Numbered from the stretch's first letter, positions 28,760 to 38,749 are shown. The stretch is 64,000 nt of DNA from Peptococcaceae bacterium (GCA_018334055.1 JAGXSS010000108.1:834-64833); one strand, 5' to 3'. The notes: generated by a model from the letters alone, not told the origin. Numbers and translations are program-made.

Positions 28760-29505
28760 AGCACATGCTCAGGGGATTGTATCAAGCTACAGCGGCGATG
28801 GCTATTGCCAAAGCCAAGCAAGAAAATATCTCCGGCAATATCGCCAACGTGGAAACAGTGGGCTTTAAGCGCCAAGTGTTGAGTGAAGAGGTGTTTTCTC
28901 AGGCGATGCTCCTGGCACAGGTGGGGCCGCTAGCCAACGCTCTTGGGTCATCCACAGCCCGCCCCGCCATCAGCGAACCAAGGCTTGACTGGGGTCTGGG
29001 GCACGTGACTGCTTCGGATTCTCCTTTTCACCTAGCCTTAGGCGGGGGTGGTTTTTTTGCCATTATGACCGTGGATGGACTGCGCTACAGTCGGGCAGGG
29101 GATTTTCGTCTTGACGCCGAAGGTTACCTGGCAGATGCTTTTGGTGGCCGGTTACTGCTAAGCGACGGGCAGCCATTGCGCTTTACGGGTAATAACTTTC
29201 GTGTCGATACAAGTGGGGAAGTCTTTCAAGATGATGTTTCGGTTGGCATTCTCCAAGTGGCGGATTTTGCCGACCGCAATGCTTTGCTGAAGGATAGCCA
29301 AGGGCAGTTTATGGCCAATGGTCTGGCGCCAATTGCCGTCATCCCAGAGGTAAAGCAATTCCATCTAGAGCTCTCAAACGTAGACCTAGCCAAGGAGATC
29401 ATGGAAATGCTCCTCGTAACGCGAGTTTTTCAAAGTGCCCAACGCATCGTAGCTACATACGACCAACTGATGGAAAGGGCTCGCGACATAGGAAGTGCAC
29501 GATAG
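28756..29505 (+). CDS. flgF: Flagellar basal-body rod protein (FlgF/FlhO-like)
   Basis: N-terminal NIANVETVGFKR. C-terminal ELSNVDLAKEIMEMLLVTRVFQSAQRI. Confidence 0.8.
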   Translation: MKHMLRGLYQATAAMAIAKAKQENISGNIANVETVGFKRQVLSEEVFSQAMLLAQVGPLANALGSSTARPAISEPRLDWGLGHVTASDSPFHLALGGGGFFAIMTVDGLRYSRAGDFRLDAEGYLADAFGGRLLLSDGQPLRFTGNNFRVDTSGEVFQDDVSVGILQVADFADRNALLKDSQGQFMANGLAPIAVIPEVKQFHLELSNVDLAKEIMEMLLVTRVFQSAQRIVATYDQLMERARDIGSAR

Positions 29506-29517
29506 GGGGGTGAAAGA

Positions 29518-30267
29518 ATGCTGGCTGGCATTAAACGTAGTTTCAGTGGTTTGATGGCCCAAATGCAACGTCTCTCAGTGAAGGGAGCCAATATTGCTAA
29601 CGCTACTACTCCTGGGTTTAAGCGGACAGAAGGGACATTTAGTGAGCTGCTCTTGTCGGGGCTTGACGGCAGGCATGTGCCTGTCATCTCCGGCGAGGGT
29701 AGTAACCTCACCCGGGGGGTGGAGTTTCAGGGAGAACTTCTTTTCACTCAGGGGGGCTTAGTAGCAACCGGCCGACCTTTGGATATTGCAGTCGAGGGGC
29801 GCGGGCTGATAGCTCTCGTTGATGGGGCGGGACGCACGAGCTATACGCGTAACGGCAGCTTCACCCTGGATGGGTCGGGGCGCATAGTCCATAGTTCCGG
29901 GGGATGGCTCGAAGGACTGGTTGTTCCGACCGATGCCACCATCATTGATATCGACCAAGAGGGGATGGTGTCGGTCGCCCACGAAGGCGGCGTTGTCGAA
30001 ATTGGGCGTATACGCCTAATTTCGTTTCTTAACCCCGCCGGATTGGATAGCATTGGTCAATCTACTTATGCTGCTACGGAAAACTCGGGCCCTGCAGAGA
30101 TAGATGATCAAGCGAAATTACACCAAGGCTACCTAGAGTTAAGCAATGTTTCCCTCGCCGATGAGATGACCTCACTCATCAGGGCACAGAGGGCTTACCA
30201 GGCAAGTAGTCACGCGGTGCGTACTTTAGATGAGATGTGGGAAAATGTCAATGCGTTGCGCAGGTAG
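29518..30267 (+). CDS. flgG: Flagellar distal rod protein FlgG (FlhP-like)
   Basis: NIANATTPGFKR near the N-terminus and LELSNVSLADEMTSLIRAQRAYQASS near the C-terminus. Confidence 0.85.
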   Translation: MLAGIKRSFSGLMAQMQRLSVKGANIANATTPGFKRTEGTFSELLLSGLDGRHVPVISGEGSNLTRGVEFQGELLFTQGGLVATGRPLDIAVEGRGLIALVDGAGRTSYTRNGSFTLDGSGRIVHSSGGWLEGLVVPTDATIIDIDQEGMVSVAHEGGVVEIGRIRLISFLNPAGLDSIGQSTYAATENSGPAEIDDQAKLHQGYLELSNVSLADEMTSLIRAQRAYQASSHAVRTLDEMWENVNALRR

Positions 30268-30283
30268 TCGGGAGGATTAACGA

Positions 30284-30757
30284 TTGGATCACTACGTTGG
30301 AATTGGGGAGCTCTGCGTTGCGCGTGCCCCTAGCACAATTGTCACCCGAGGATTAGGATCATGTGTGGGGGTGGTGCTACACGACATCAATCGCAGTGTC
30401 GGAGGTCTGGCTCATATAATGCTCCCCAGCAGCACTGACTTCACCAGTTATACTAATCCCCATAAGTTCGCCGATTTGGCCATACCAGCTATGCACGAGC
30501 AGTTACTGCAGCTAGGTGGTCGTAATTTTAAGGCACGCATAGCCGGCGGAGCTAAAATGTTCGCGACGGTCTCGGAGCGCGCCGGATTTGATGTGGGGGT
30601 CCGCAATGTTGAGCGGGTGCGTCAAGTATTGCGCCAACTCGGCATCGCCATTGTGAACGAGGATGTGGGAGGTAGCGTTGGTCGTACTGTGACATTTGAG
30701 GTTTCTACCGGAAGCGTCAAGGTGAGGTCGGTGGGGCGAGGTGAACAGGTACTTTGA
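30284..30757 (+). CDS. cheD: Chemoreceptor glutamine deamidase CheD
   Basis: GLGSCVGVVLHD...GGLAHIMLP motif. TTG start after GGGAGGA. Confidence 0.9.
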   Translation: MDHYVGIGELCVARAPSTIVTRGLGSCVGVVLHDINRSVGGLAHIMLPSSTDFTSYTNPHKFADLAIPAMHEQLLQLGGRNFKARIAGGAKMFATVSERAGFDVGVRNVERVRQVLRQLGIAIVNEDVGGSVGRTVTFEVSTGSVKVRSVGRGEQVL

Positions 30758-31536
30758 TGGAAGAGATTCATTTAAGTAAATTTAAACAGCGCTTGAAAAG
30801 CCATTATGGGCTAGATCTTGAACTCTACAAAGAGGCGCAAATAATGAGACGACTTCGGGGGTATATGCAGCGGCACCAACTTAGTGGGTTTGCGGAGCTT
30901 GAAAATTACATTGGGTCTAGCCATCAGGCGACGCACCTCATTGATTACTTGGACATCAATGTTTCCGAATTTTTTAGAAACCCTGAGCTCTTTACTTACT
31001 TGGAGCAGGAAATTTTATCTAGGTGGTTGACCAAAAATCCACCTGTGCGCATTTGGAGTGCGGGCTGCTCGATTGGAGCCGAACCATATTCTCTGGCGAT
31101 TGCCGTACTCGAAGCAGGTTTTCGAGCGCTGCCATCCATTTGGGCGACAGATCTTGACGCCGGTGCCCTGCAGCAGGCCAAAGCCGGACAATACGCCTTG
31201 CAAGATGTGCGCAATGTTACACCTAGTCGTTTGAAGAAGTATTTCGACCTCGCCGGTGACAACGTCACAGTCAAACCAGTACTCAAGGAGCGCCTGCAGT
31301 TTGCCAGGCATGACTTGCTCTGTGACCCCATTAAAGGCAGTTTTGAATTGATCGTCTGTCGCAATGTGGCCATCTATTTTACTGAGGATGCTAAGACGGC
31401 GATGCTAAAGCGGTTTGCTGCTGCTCTAGCCAACGATGGAATATTGTTTACCGGGGCCACCGAAAGCTATTTAAATTACCGCGAACTTGGCTTAAACCGT
31501 GTGTCCTCTTGTTTCTATCGGAAAGAAGGTGCGTAG
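30754..31536 (+). CDS. cheR: Chemotaxis protein methyltransferase CheR
   Basis: FFRNPELF, IWSAGCSIGAEPYSLAI and VCRNVAIYF motifs. Confidence 0.9.
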   Translation: MMEEIHLSKFKQRLKSHYGLDLELYKEAQIMRRLRGYMQRHQLSGFAELENYIGSSHQATHLIDYLDINVSEFFRNPELFTYLEQEILSRWLTKNPPVRIWSAGCSIGAEPYSLAIAVLEAGFRALPSIWATDLDAGALQQAKAGQYALQDVRNVTPSRLKKYFDLAGDNVTVKPVLKERLQFARHDLLCDPIKGSFELIVCRNVAIYFTEDAKTAMLKRFAAALANDGILFTGATESYLNYRELGLNRVSSCFYRKEGA

Positions 31537-32145
31537 ATGCAACAGGTCTCTAGCTTTCAATTGGATGTCCTGAATGAAATTGGTAACATAGGGGCAGGTA
31601 ATGCGGCCACGGCTCTTTCACTCCTTATGGGGAGTCCTGTTGACATGACCTTGCCTTGGACTAAATTTTGTCCGCTCGAAGAGGGTTGCGCCTTGCTAAG
31701 CCGTCCGGATGAAGTTGGTGTGGGCGTGCAGGTAGGGCTTGATGGGAGTGTCACCGGTCGAATGCTCCTTACTTTCGATGAGGCGAGTGCACTACATATT
31801 TTGCTGGCCTTCGGGGACATGTTGCCGGAAAAGGATTTGGACAATGAAATGGCGCGTTCAGCACTTATGGAAGTGGGTAATATTGTCGCGGGGTCGTTTG
31901 TCACCGCGCTTTCCGAGTTCTTAAAGGCGTCCGCCTGGTGCAGCCCCCCGACCTTGGTGCATGATTATTTTGATGCATTTGTCTGCACAGTAATGGTCAG
32001 TGGTTGCCAAGACACGGACTATGTATTAGTCTTTAAGACGGAGCTTCAAGTTGGGGGCAAGGTGCTACACAGTGACCTGGCATTTATGCCGGCGGAAGAC
32101 TCTTTTCGTATGATTATGAACGCGCTAGGAGCAACAGGGGGGTAA
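31537..32145 (+). CDS. cheC: CheY-P phosphatase CheC
   Basis: Two CheC-type motifs: EIGNIGAGNAATALS and EVGNIVAGSFVTALS. Confidence 0.85.
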   Translation: MQQVSSFQLDVLNEIGNIGAGNAATALSLLMGSPVDMTLPWTKFCPLEEGCALLSRPDEVGVGVQVGLDGSVTGRMLLTFDEASALHILLAFGDMLPEKDLDNEMARSALMEVGNIVAGSFVTALSEFLKASAWCSPPTLVHDYFDAFVCTVMVSGCQDTDYVLVFKTELQVGGKVLHSDLAFMPAEDSFRMIMNALGATGG

Positions 32146-32149
32146 TGTT

Positions 32150-32512
32150 TTGGGAAAGAAAATATTAGTGGTGGACGATGCGGCATTTATGCGCATGATG
32201 CTCTCTGATCACCTCACCAAGGCGGGATTTGAGGTTGTCGGACAAGCAGAAAACGGGGCGGTGGCCATTATTAAGTACAAGGAGCTACGGCCAGATATGG
32301 TGACCATGGATATTACCATGCCCGAGATGGATGGTATCCAAGCCGTAAAAGAAATCAAAAAATTCGACCCTGCGGCGCGTATTGTTATGTGTAGCGCCAT
32401 GGGGCAACAACAGATGGTGATGGAGGCCATTCAAGCCGGGGCGCGGGATTTCATTGTCAAGCCATTTGATGTGACAAGAGTTGTGCAAGCAGTAACCAAG
32501 GCTCTCTCCTAG
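32150..32512 (+). CDS. cheY: Chemotaxis response regulator CheY
   Basis: 120-aa receiver domain with VVDD, the phospho-acceptor context MDITMPEMDG, and a conserved Lys (VKPF). Confidence 0.9.
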   Translation: MGKKILVVDDAAFMRMMLSDHLTKAGFEVVGQAENGAVAIIKYKELRPDMVTMDITMPEMDGIQAVKEIKKFDPAARIVMCSAMGQQQMVMEAIQAGARDFIVKPFDVTRVVQAVTKALS

Positions 32513-32520
32513 GTCGCGTC

Positions 32521-33504
32521 ATGCGGGAAATACTTAGTCAAGCTGAGATTGATAGCCTTCTCAAGAGCTTGGAGCAAGGGGAAGTTGAAACTGTCGGGGT
32601 TCAGAAAGAGCAGCTTAAGGTGCGCAAGTATGATTTCCGCCGCCCCAATCGGTTCTCCAAGAATAATCTACGCAATCTCTCGCAAGTCCACGAAAACTTT
32701 GCGCGACAGTTAGCTAACTTTTTAACCGCATATTTACGCACCCCAGTGCAGGTTAAAGTAGCCACCATCGATCAAGTGGCGTTTGAGGACTTTGTTGTTT
32801 CCTTGCCTGGGCATACTGTCGCTACGGTTTTTTCTATGAATGAGCACGGTCTCGCTTTGTTTGACGCCGGCACGGATCTCATTATTCCGATAATCGATCT
32901 CATCTGTGGTGGCGCAGGCGACCCGGTCAAGAAATCCCGTTCACTCACCGAGATAGAGCTAGCAATTTATCGCCGCGTGTGCCTCCATATTTTGGAGCGC
33001 TATGAATCTGTCTGGGGAGATTTTGCCAAAGTCTCGTGCTCGATACGGTCTATGGAGACAAACCCCCGGCTTATACAGGCCATGTCCGGCGGGGAGATGG
33101 TCGCGGTCACGGCCTTGACCGTGGCGATAAACCGCAGCCAGGGCGTTCTGATGTTCTGTCTCCCCTTCCCCTCTCTGGAACAGATATTGGGTAAGAAGTC
33201 TGAGGCCATCTCCGCCATAGATGCATCTACGGTACAACTGCAGTGGCTAACGCGGCAAAAGATCCTGAGCGCTGCCGCTTTAGATTTGACGGCGATGCTT
33301 GGGGGCAATGAAATTACCGTGCGAGAGTTCCTGCAGCTTAGTGCCGGAGATGTCTTTACTTTGAGTACGAAGCTCGACGGTTTTGTCGAGCTACTGGTGG
33401 AAAATAATCGAACGTTTCTCGCTCAACCGGGGATGATAGGTAGACAAATGGCGGTGCAAATAGTGACGACGCTGTCAGAAGGAAGTGACGGGATTGACCA
33501 ATAG
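32521..33504 (+). CDS. fliM: Flagellar motor switch protein FliM
   Basis: N-terminal CheY-P-binding peptide LSQAEIDSLL. 327 aa. Confidence 0.9.
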   Translation: MREILSQAEIDSLLKSLEQGEVETVGVQKEQLKVRKYDFRRPNRFSKNNLRNLSQVHENFARQLANFLTAYLRTPVQVKVATIDQVAFEDFVVSLPGHTVATVFSMNEHGLALFDAGTDLIIPIIDLICGGAGDPVKKSRSLTEIELAIYRRVCLHILERYESVWGDFAKVSCSIRSMETNPRLIQAMSGGEMVAVTALTVAINRSQGVLMFCLPFPSLEQILGKKSEAISAIDASTVQLQWLTRQKILSAAALDLTAMLGGNEITVREFLQLSAGDVFTLSTKLDGFVELLVENNRTFLAQPGMIGRQMAVQIVTTLSEGSDGIDQ

Positions 33505-34546
33505 GTATTTGTCGCAAGATGAGATAGACGCAATCCTCCACATGGGAGTAGCAAATGAGCTGTCCACACTGAGTGCCATGGAGGCTGACGCCATTGGGGA
33601 GGTCGGCAATATCTCGATGGGTACGGCGGCCACAACGCTTTCTCAACTTCTTGGCCAACGCGTCAGCATCACCACGCCACGGGTGACCGTCACCACCCTA
33701 GCGGGACTCTATGCGCAGTTTTCTGTACCCTATCTAGCCATATCAGTTAATTATACTAAGGGCCTGGCTGGGTACAATCTTTTGGTAGTTCGCAATGACG
33801 ATGCCGCCGTGATTGCGGATTTAATGATGGGTGGAGACGGCAGACCAGCATCGCTAGAACTTGATTATATGAGGATCAGCGCTGTCTCGGAAGTCATGAA
33901 CCAGATGATTGGCACGGCGGCGACCTCGATGCATTCCCTTTTTGGCCGACAAGTAAACATTTCACCTCCGAGCGTGGTGCAGTTCGATCACCCCCCCAAA
34001 CCTGATGCCAACCTCGATTTGAGTGAGGAGACGCTCGTCGTGGTGACTTTTCGCATGGTCATCGGCAGTTTTGTGGACAGCGAATTGTTGCAGATTATGC
34101 CTATGCGTAGCGCCCAGCAGATGGTTGAATTGCTCATGCCGCCCTCGCCATCACCCGCAAGGCATGATGTTCCTCCGCCAGTCGACCTGCCGTCTCCGAT
34201 TATCTCTGCGCCAGAGGTACCGGTTGTGCAACGCGCCCAATTTTCTCAACTACCACCCCCCCCTAGTTCTATTCCTGGGGCAAACATCGACCTGATACTT
34301 GACGTTCCTCTGCATGTTTCGGTCGTGCTGGGCAAGTGCCGGCGATCCATTAAAGATGTTATTACCATGGGCATCGGCAGTGTAGTTGAGCTTGATCGCA
34401 TGGTTGAAGACCAGGTGGACATTTTGGTCAACGGGACCCTCATTGCCAAGGGGGAAATTGTTGTCGTCAATGAAAACTTTGGCGTCAGACTGACGAGTAT
34501 ACTTAGCCCCGTGGAGCGGTTAAAGGAATTGGCCAAGGGCAAGTAA
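33485..34546 (+). CDS. fliY: Flagellar motor switch protein FliY (CheC-like domains plus C-terminal FliN/SpoA domain)
   Basis: LSQDEIDAIL N-terminus. CheC-like motif EVGNISMGTAATTLS. C-terminal FliN domain (VSVVLGKCRRSIKDVITMGIGSVVELD). The true start may be the TTG at 33512. Confidence 0.85.
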   Translation: MTGLTNRYLSQDEIDAILHMGVANELSTLSAMEADAIGEVGNISMGTAATTLSQLLGQRVSITTPRVTVTTLAGLYAQFSVPYLAISVNYTKGLAGYNLLVVRNDDAAVIADLMMGGDGRPASLELDYMRISAVSEVMNQMIGTAATSMHSLFGRQVNISPPSVVQFDHPPKPDANLDLSEETLVVVTFRMVIGSFVDSELLQIMPMRSAQQMVELLMPPSPSPARHDVPPPVDLPSPIISAPEVPVVQRAQFSQLPPPPSSIPGANIDLILDVPLHVSVVLGKCRRSIKDVITMGIGSVVELDRMVEDQVDILVNGTLIAKGEIVVVNENFGVRLTSILSPVERLKELAKGK

Positions 34547-34653
34547 TACTTGCTTAGGGATCCTATCCAGTTTGTTTCCATAACTTGCATCTAGTTGTCA
34601 TACAGGGATGCGCGTCACCTTGGCGAATAAAAACGCTGGAGGTGACAAAAATT

Positions 34654-35481
34654 TTGTACAAAAAAACACTCGTCGCATTAGTCTTGCTGTCGCTCTTTGC
34701 TGTCATGGTGCCCGTAAGTTCCTTTGCTCAGACCTCGGTAGGGTTGCAGGTCGCAGCTCTGGCTAGGGCTCAGTCCGGAAGGCCGTTCGAGTTAGGGGGA
34801 GAAACCACTCGTGGTTTCGACGCGTCGGGGCTCTTGTCCTTCGTCTTTGGGCGTTTCGACATCCCGGTTCCTCGGACGGTTAGTGAGCAATTTGTGTTAG
34901 GTGAGAGAGTGGGTCGCAGCGATTTGCTGCCAGGGGATATAGTGCTCTTTACCCACGGCCAAGCACGGTGGACGGGCTTGTATGTGGGCGGTGACGAAGT
35001 GGTCTGGGCTAGCCGTAGTTTGGGGCGCGTGCGTCTCGCCAGTTTGAACGATGCAGCGGTCAGAGCCATGGTCGTGGGTGCGCGTCGCGTCATTCCTGTG
35101 CCACAAGTGGATCAAGCCCGTGCGGTCATTCTTACCGCCGAGCAAAGCTTGGGTGTTCCTTACTTGTTTGGCGCGGAGGGACCGGAGGCCTTCGATTGCT
35201 CAGGCTTCACTCAGTGGGTCTTTGCTGCTCGAGGCATCACCCTCCCCCGTACTTCCCGTGCGCAAGCCCTCGTTGGTCGCGCAGTATCGCGCGAGGCCAT
35301 GAAAATGGGCGACATCTTAGTTTTCGTGAACACCTATCGGGAAGGTATCTCCCATGTGGGGATCTACATCGGTGAGGGCCGGTTCATCCATGCCGTGCCG
35401 CGTTCTGGGGTATCTTATGCCAGTCTTAATCAAGACTATTGGAACACAAGGCTGCACAGCATACGGCGGGTGCTTCCCTAA
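34654..35481 (+). CDS. Secreted tandem NlpC/P60 (C40) cell-wall peptidase; the first domain lacks the catalytic Cys
   Basis: Signal peptide from TTG 34654, after GGAGGTGA. Domain 1 reads GFDASGLLSFVF where the second domain reads FDCSGFTQWVF. Domain 2 keeps the conserved Cys and His (SHVGIYIG). Confidence 0.8.
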   Translation: MYKKTLVALVLLSLFAVMVPVSSFAQTSVGLQVAALARAQSGRPFELGGETTRGFDASGLLSFVFGRFDIPVPRTVSEQFVLGERVGRSDLLPGDIVLFTHGQARWTGLYVGGDEVVWASRSLGRVRLASLNDAAVRAMVVGARRVIPVPQVDQARAVILTAEQSLGVPYLFGAEGPEAFDCSGFTQWVFAARGITLPRTSRAQALVGRAVSREAMKMGDILVFVNTYREGISHVGIYIGEGRFIHAVPRSGVSYASLNQDYWNTRLHSIRRVLP

Positions 35482-35511
35482 GAAAGTATTTAATCTGCGT
35501 ATTTTGGAAAG

Positions 35512-35536
35512 GCTGCGTGTGAGACGCAGCTTTTCC
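35512..35536 (+). terminator. Probable intrinsic terminator after the NlpC/P60 gene
   Basis: GCTGCGT-gtgag-ACGCAGC followed by TTTTCCTGTT. The U-tract is weak. An extended -10 (TGtTATAAT, 35538-35545) lies just downstream and could be the dprA promoter. Confidence 0.45.
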
Positions 35537-35568
35537 TGTTATAATTACCCTAGGCAGGAGGGGAGATT

Positions 35569-36645
35569 ATGGAGAGACGGCACTTTTATGCAGCACTCTC
35601 CCAGGTCGCGGGAGTGCGGCATGCGTCAATCGCGCATCTCAATATTCCTTCCGGTGGCATGTATGCGGCGAGTGACTTCGCAGGGGCAGGCCTAAACTTG
35701 CGCGTGGCGCAATCGGCAGCAAAAGCGCTCCGGGAATTTGACGCCGTAAGATGGGAACAGAGCCTGCACCTGGCCAATTGTCGGGCACTGGCCATTGGCG
35801 ATCCTCTCTATCCGAGCGCCCTCCTTGACATGTATGCGCCACCGCTCCTTCTATACTATCGCGGGTCGATAGGCAGCCACCCGCGTGTGGCCGTGGTGGG
35901 CACTCGTAAGGCTACCTTCTATGGACGGCAAGTGGTCGAGACCTTTGTCCCGCTCCTTGTTTCGGCTGAGCACAGCATCGTCAGTGGTTTAGCCCTGGGC
36001 ATAGATACTTATGCCCATCAGGTCACGCTCAACTTAGGCGGGCATACCATTGCGGTTCTAGGTTCTGGTCTCGATTCTATCTATCCACGGGCCAACAAGT
36101 GGCTCGCCGAGAGGATTGTCGATAGTGGTGGCGCGCTTTGCAGTGAATATGCCCCGGGCTCACCGCCGCTGCGACACCATTTTCCAGCCCGCAACCGCCT
36201 CATTAGTGGGTTAGCCAAGGCCTGCGTAGTGGTCGAAGGCGATTTTACCAGCGGGGCGCTGATCACTGCGACACACGCTCTTGAGCAAGGGCGCGAGGTG
36301 CTGGCGGTGCCAGGGAGCATCTTCAGCCCGCAAAGTAGGGGGACGAATTACCTGATCAGCCAAGGCGCAGTACCGTTGACCGACCCAGCCATATTGCTCG
36401 CGACGCTCGGCATAAATTCTATAGACACTATAGTTACGGATAATACGAAAAGAAGCCCCGATGCGAACCTGGTGCTCAGCACCTTAGGAGCTAGTGCGCT
36501 TACTGCGGACGATTTAGTGGTGGCACTTGGCCGGACTATATCTTTTGTGTTAGCAACTCTGAGCGAGCTAGAGATAGCAGGCGTTATCTCCCGCTTGCCA
36601 ACCGGTCAGTATATATGTCATAATCCGAGAGTTAGTCGGAAGTAA
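35569..36645 (+). CDS. dprA: DNA processing protein DprA (Smf)
   Basis: Rossmann-like DprA core (VVGTRKATFYGRQV...GLALGIDTYAHQ...VPGSIFSPQSRGTNYLISQGA). Confidence 0.9.
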   Translation: MERRHFYAALSQVAGVRHASIAHLNIPSGGMYAASDFAGAGLNLRVAQSAAKALREFDAVRWEQSLHLANCRALAIGDPLYPSALLDMYAPPLLLYYRGSIGSHPRVAVVGTRKATFYGRQVVETFVPLLVSAEHSIVSGLALGIDTYAHQVTLNLGGHTIAVLGSGLDSIYPRANKWLAERIVDSGGALCSEYAPGSPPLRHHFPARNRLISGLAKACVVVEGDFTSGALITATHALEQGREVLAVPGSIFSPQSRGTNYLISQGAVPLTDPAILLATLGINSIDTIVTDNTKRSPDANLVLSTLGASALTADDLVVALGRTISFVLATLSELEIAGVISRLPTGQYICHNPRVSRK

Positions 36646-36685
36646 GGCGTGACTAGGCTATAAACATAGAAGCAGGGGTGTGTTG

Positions 36686-38749
36686 ATGGCGGAATATCTA
36701 GTAATTGTGGAGTCACCTGCCAAAGCGAAAACTATCGCGAAGTACCTAGGTCGACAATATACGGTGAAGGCCTCTTTTGGGCATCTGCGTGATCTGCCAA
36801 AGAGTCAACTTGGAGTGGATGTCGAACAAGACTTTGCCCCTAAATACATCACCATCAGGGGCAGGGGAGAGTTGCTTAAAGAGCTGAAGACGTCTGCACG
36901 CAAGGCGACATTGGTCTACTTGGCGACTGACCCGGATCGAGAGGGCGAGGCCATCTCGTGGCATCTAGCGCAGGCTCTTGAACTAGACACCACCGTGCCT
37001 TGTAGGGTTACGTTTAACGAGATTACTAAAGGTGCGGTGCAAAAGGCATTTAAGGAGCCGCGCGAGATAGCGGCCTTGGTTGTCAGCGCCCAACAAACTA
37101 GGCGCATTCTCGATCGCATTGTGGGTTACAAACTCTCGCCGTTGCTTTGGGCGAAAGTAAAAAAGGGACTAAGCGCCGGGCGCGTGCAATCGGTGGCTGT
37201 GCGGCTCATTGTTGACAGGGACATGGAGATCGCGGCCTTTGTTCCGGAAGAATACTGGAGTCTTACGGCGGGTCTCAAGACGAGTGAGGGCAAGCCTTTT
37301 CAAGCCACTCTAAGCAATAGGGATGTCATTAACGAGAGCGAAATGCAAAAAATCATGGCGGACCTTGCCGATAAAATTTTTGTGGTTGCTAGTGTAAAGA
37401 AGAGCCAAAGAGAGCGCAAACCAGCGCCGCCATTTACAACGAGCACCCTCCAACAAGAAGCTTCGCGCAAGCTTGGGTTTACTGCCAAGCGCACCATGCG
37501 CTTGGCACAATCATTGTACGAGGGCATCGAACTTGGCAAGGAAGGCTCAGTGGGGCTAATCACCTACATGCGCACCGACAGCACGAGGCTTAGCGGCACG
37601 GCCATTGGGGGCGCAGCCACATATATCAAGGCGCGTTATGGCGATGAATATCATGAGGCGCGCCAATTCTCCGGCAAAAATGGCTCTCAAGATGCCCATG
37701 AGGCCATTCGCCCCTCATATGTTGAACGAGACCCAGAACAGCTTAAGGACATGCTCAGCAAGGAGCATTACCGGCTGTACAAGCTCATCTATGAACGGTT
37801 TATTGCTTCACAGATGTCGGTCGCTGTTTTCGCCCAGGTGCATGTAGAGATTAGCGCGGGGGAATACAGTTTTAAGGCCCATGGTTCGCGTCTGGTATTC
37901 CCGGGATTCATGGCCGTCTATAGTGAGAGCCTCGACAAGGAAGAAGACGAGGGTTCATCTCTGTTGCCCGAGCTCACCGCGGGGCAGACCCTAGCGCTTA
38001 GTAAGCTATTGCCCAAGCAACATTTTACCGAACCCCCCCCCTCGTTCACAGAAGCCAGCCTCATCAAATTACTTGAAGAGGAGGGCATAGGGCGACCTAG
38101 TACTTATGCGCCCATCATTGATACCATAGTGGACCGTGGATATGTGACCAAAGAAAAAAAGAAATTCGTCTCCACGGAACTTGGACAGGTGGTCACTCGT
38201 ATACTTAAGGAGTACTTCCCGGGGATAGTCGAGGTGGAGTTTACTGCCAAGATGGAGGGGCAACTTGATGCGGTAGAGCAGGGGAACGCCAAGTCGCTCG
38301 ATGTCTTGCGGGAGTTTTATTCTCCCTTCGCCAATCAACTGTCTCATGCCTTTTCCAGTATGGAAAAAATTTCTGTGGCCGACGAAGAGTCAGATCAAAA
38401 TTGTGAGCTATGTGGGCGGCGCATGGTGTTCAAGATGGGGCGATTCGGCAAATTCCTTGCTTGCCCAGGTTTTCCAGAGTGTCGCAACACAAAGCCGATC
38501 TTAACAGAAACGGGAGCGATTTGCCCATTGTGCCAAGGAAAGATAGTAGAGCGGCGTAGCAAGAAAGGCAGGCTATTTTATGGCTGTGGGAATTATCCGA
38601 CCTGCCTCTTTGTTTCCTGGAACAAACCATCGACACAGATATGCGCGAAGTGCGGGGCTTTCACGGTGGAGAAAAAGAACCGCCGCGGTGAAAAGGTCTT
38701 TGTTTGCGCCAACCCTGCCTGCGGTGCCAAACAGGAGGAACGGTCTTGA
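36686..38749 (+). CDS. topA: DNA topoisomerase I
   Basis: TOPRIM N-terminus (LVIVESPAKAKTI), active-site Tyr context (ITYMRTDSTRL) and C-terminal Zn-ribbon repeats (CELCGR, CPLCQG). ATG at 36686; a GTG at 36680 is also possible. Confidence 0.95.
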   Translation: MAEYLVIVESPAKAKTIAKYLGRQYTVKASFGHLRDLPKSQLGVDVEQDFAPKYITIRGRGELLKELKTSARKATLVYLATDPDREGEAISWHLAQALELDTTVPCRVTFNEITKGAVQKAFKEPREIAALVVSAQQTRRILDRIVGYKLSPLLWAKVKKGLSAGRVQSVAVRLIVDRDMEIAAFVPEEYWSLTAGLKTSEGKPFQATLSNRDVINESEMQKIMADLADKIFVVASVKKSQRERKPAPPFTTSTLQQEASRKLGFTAKRTMRLAQSLYEGIELGKEGSVGLITYMRTDSTRLSGTAIGGAATYIKARYGDEYHEARQFSGKNGSQDAHEAIRPSYVERDPEQLKDMLSKEHYRLYKLIYERFIASQMSVAVFAQVHVEISAGEYSFKAHGSRLVFPGFMAVYSESLDKEEDEGSSLLPELTAGQTLALSKLLPKQHFTEPPPSFTEASLIKLLEEEGIGRPSTYAPIIDTIVDRGYVTKEKKKFVSTELGQVVTRILKEYFPGIVEVEFTAKMEGQLDAVEQGNAKSLDVLREFYSPFANQLSHAFSSMEKISVADEESDQNCELCGRRMVFKMGRFGKFLACPGFPECRNTKPILTETGAICPLCQGKIVERRSKKGRLFYGCGNYPTCLFVSWNKPSTQICAKCGAFTVEKKNRRGEKVFVCANPACGAKQEERS

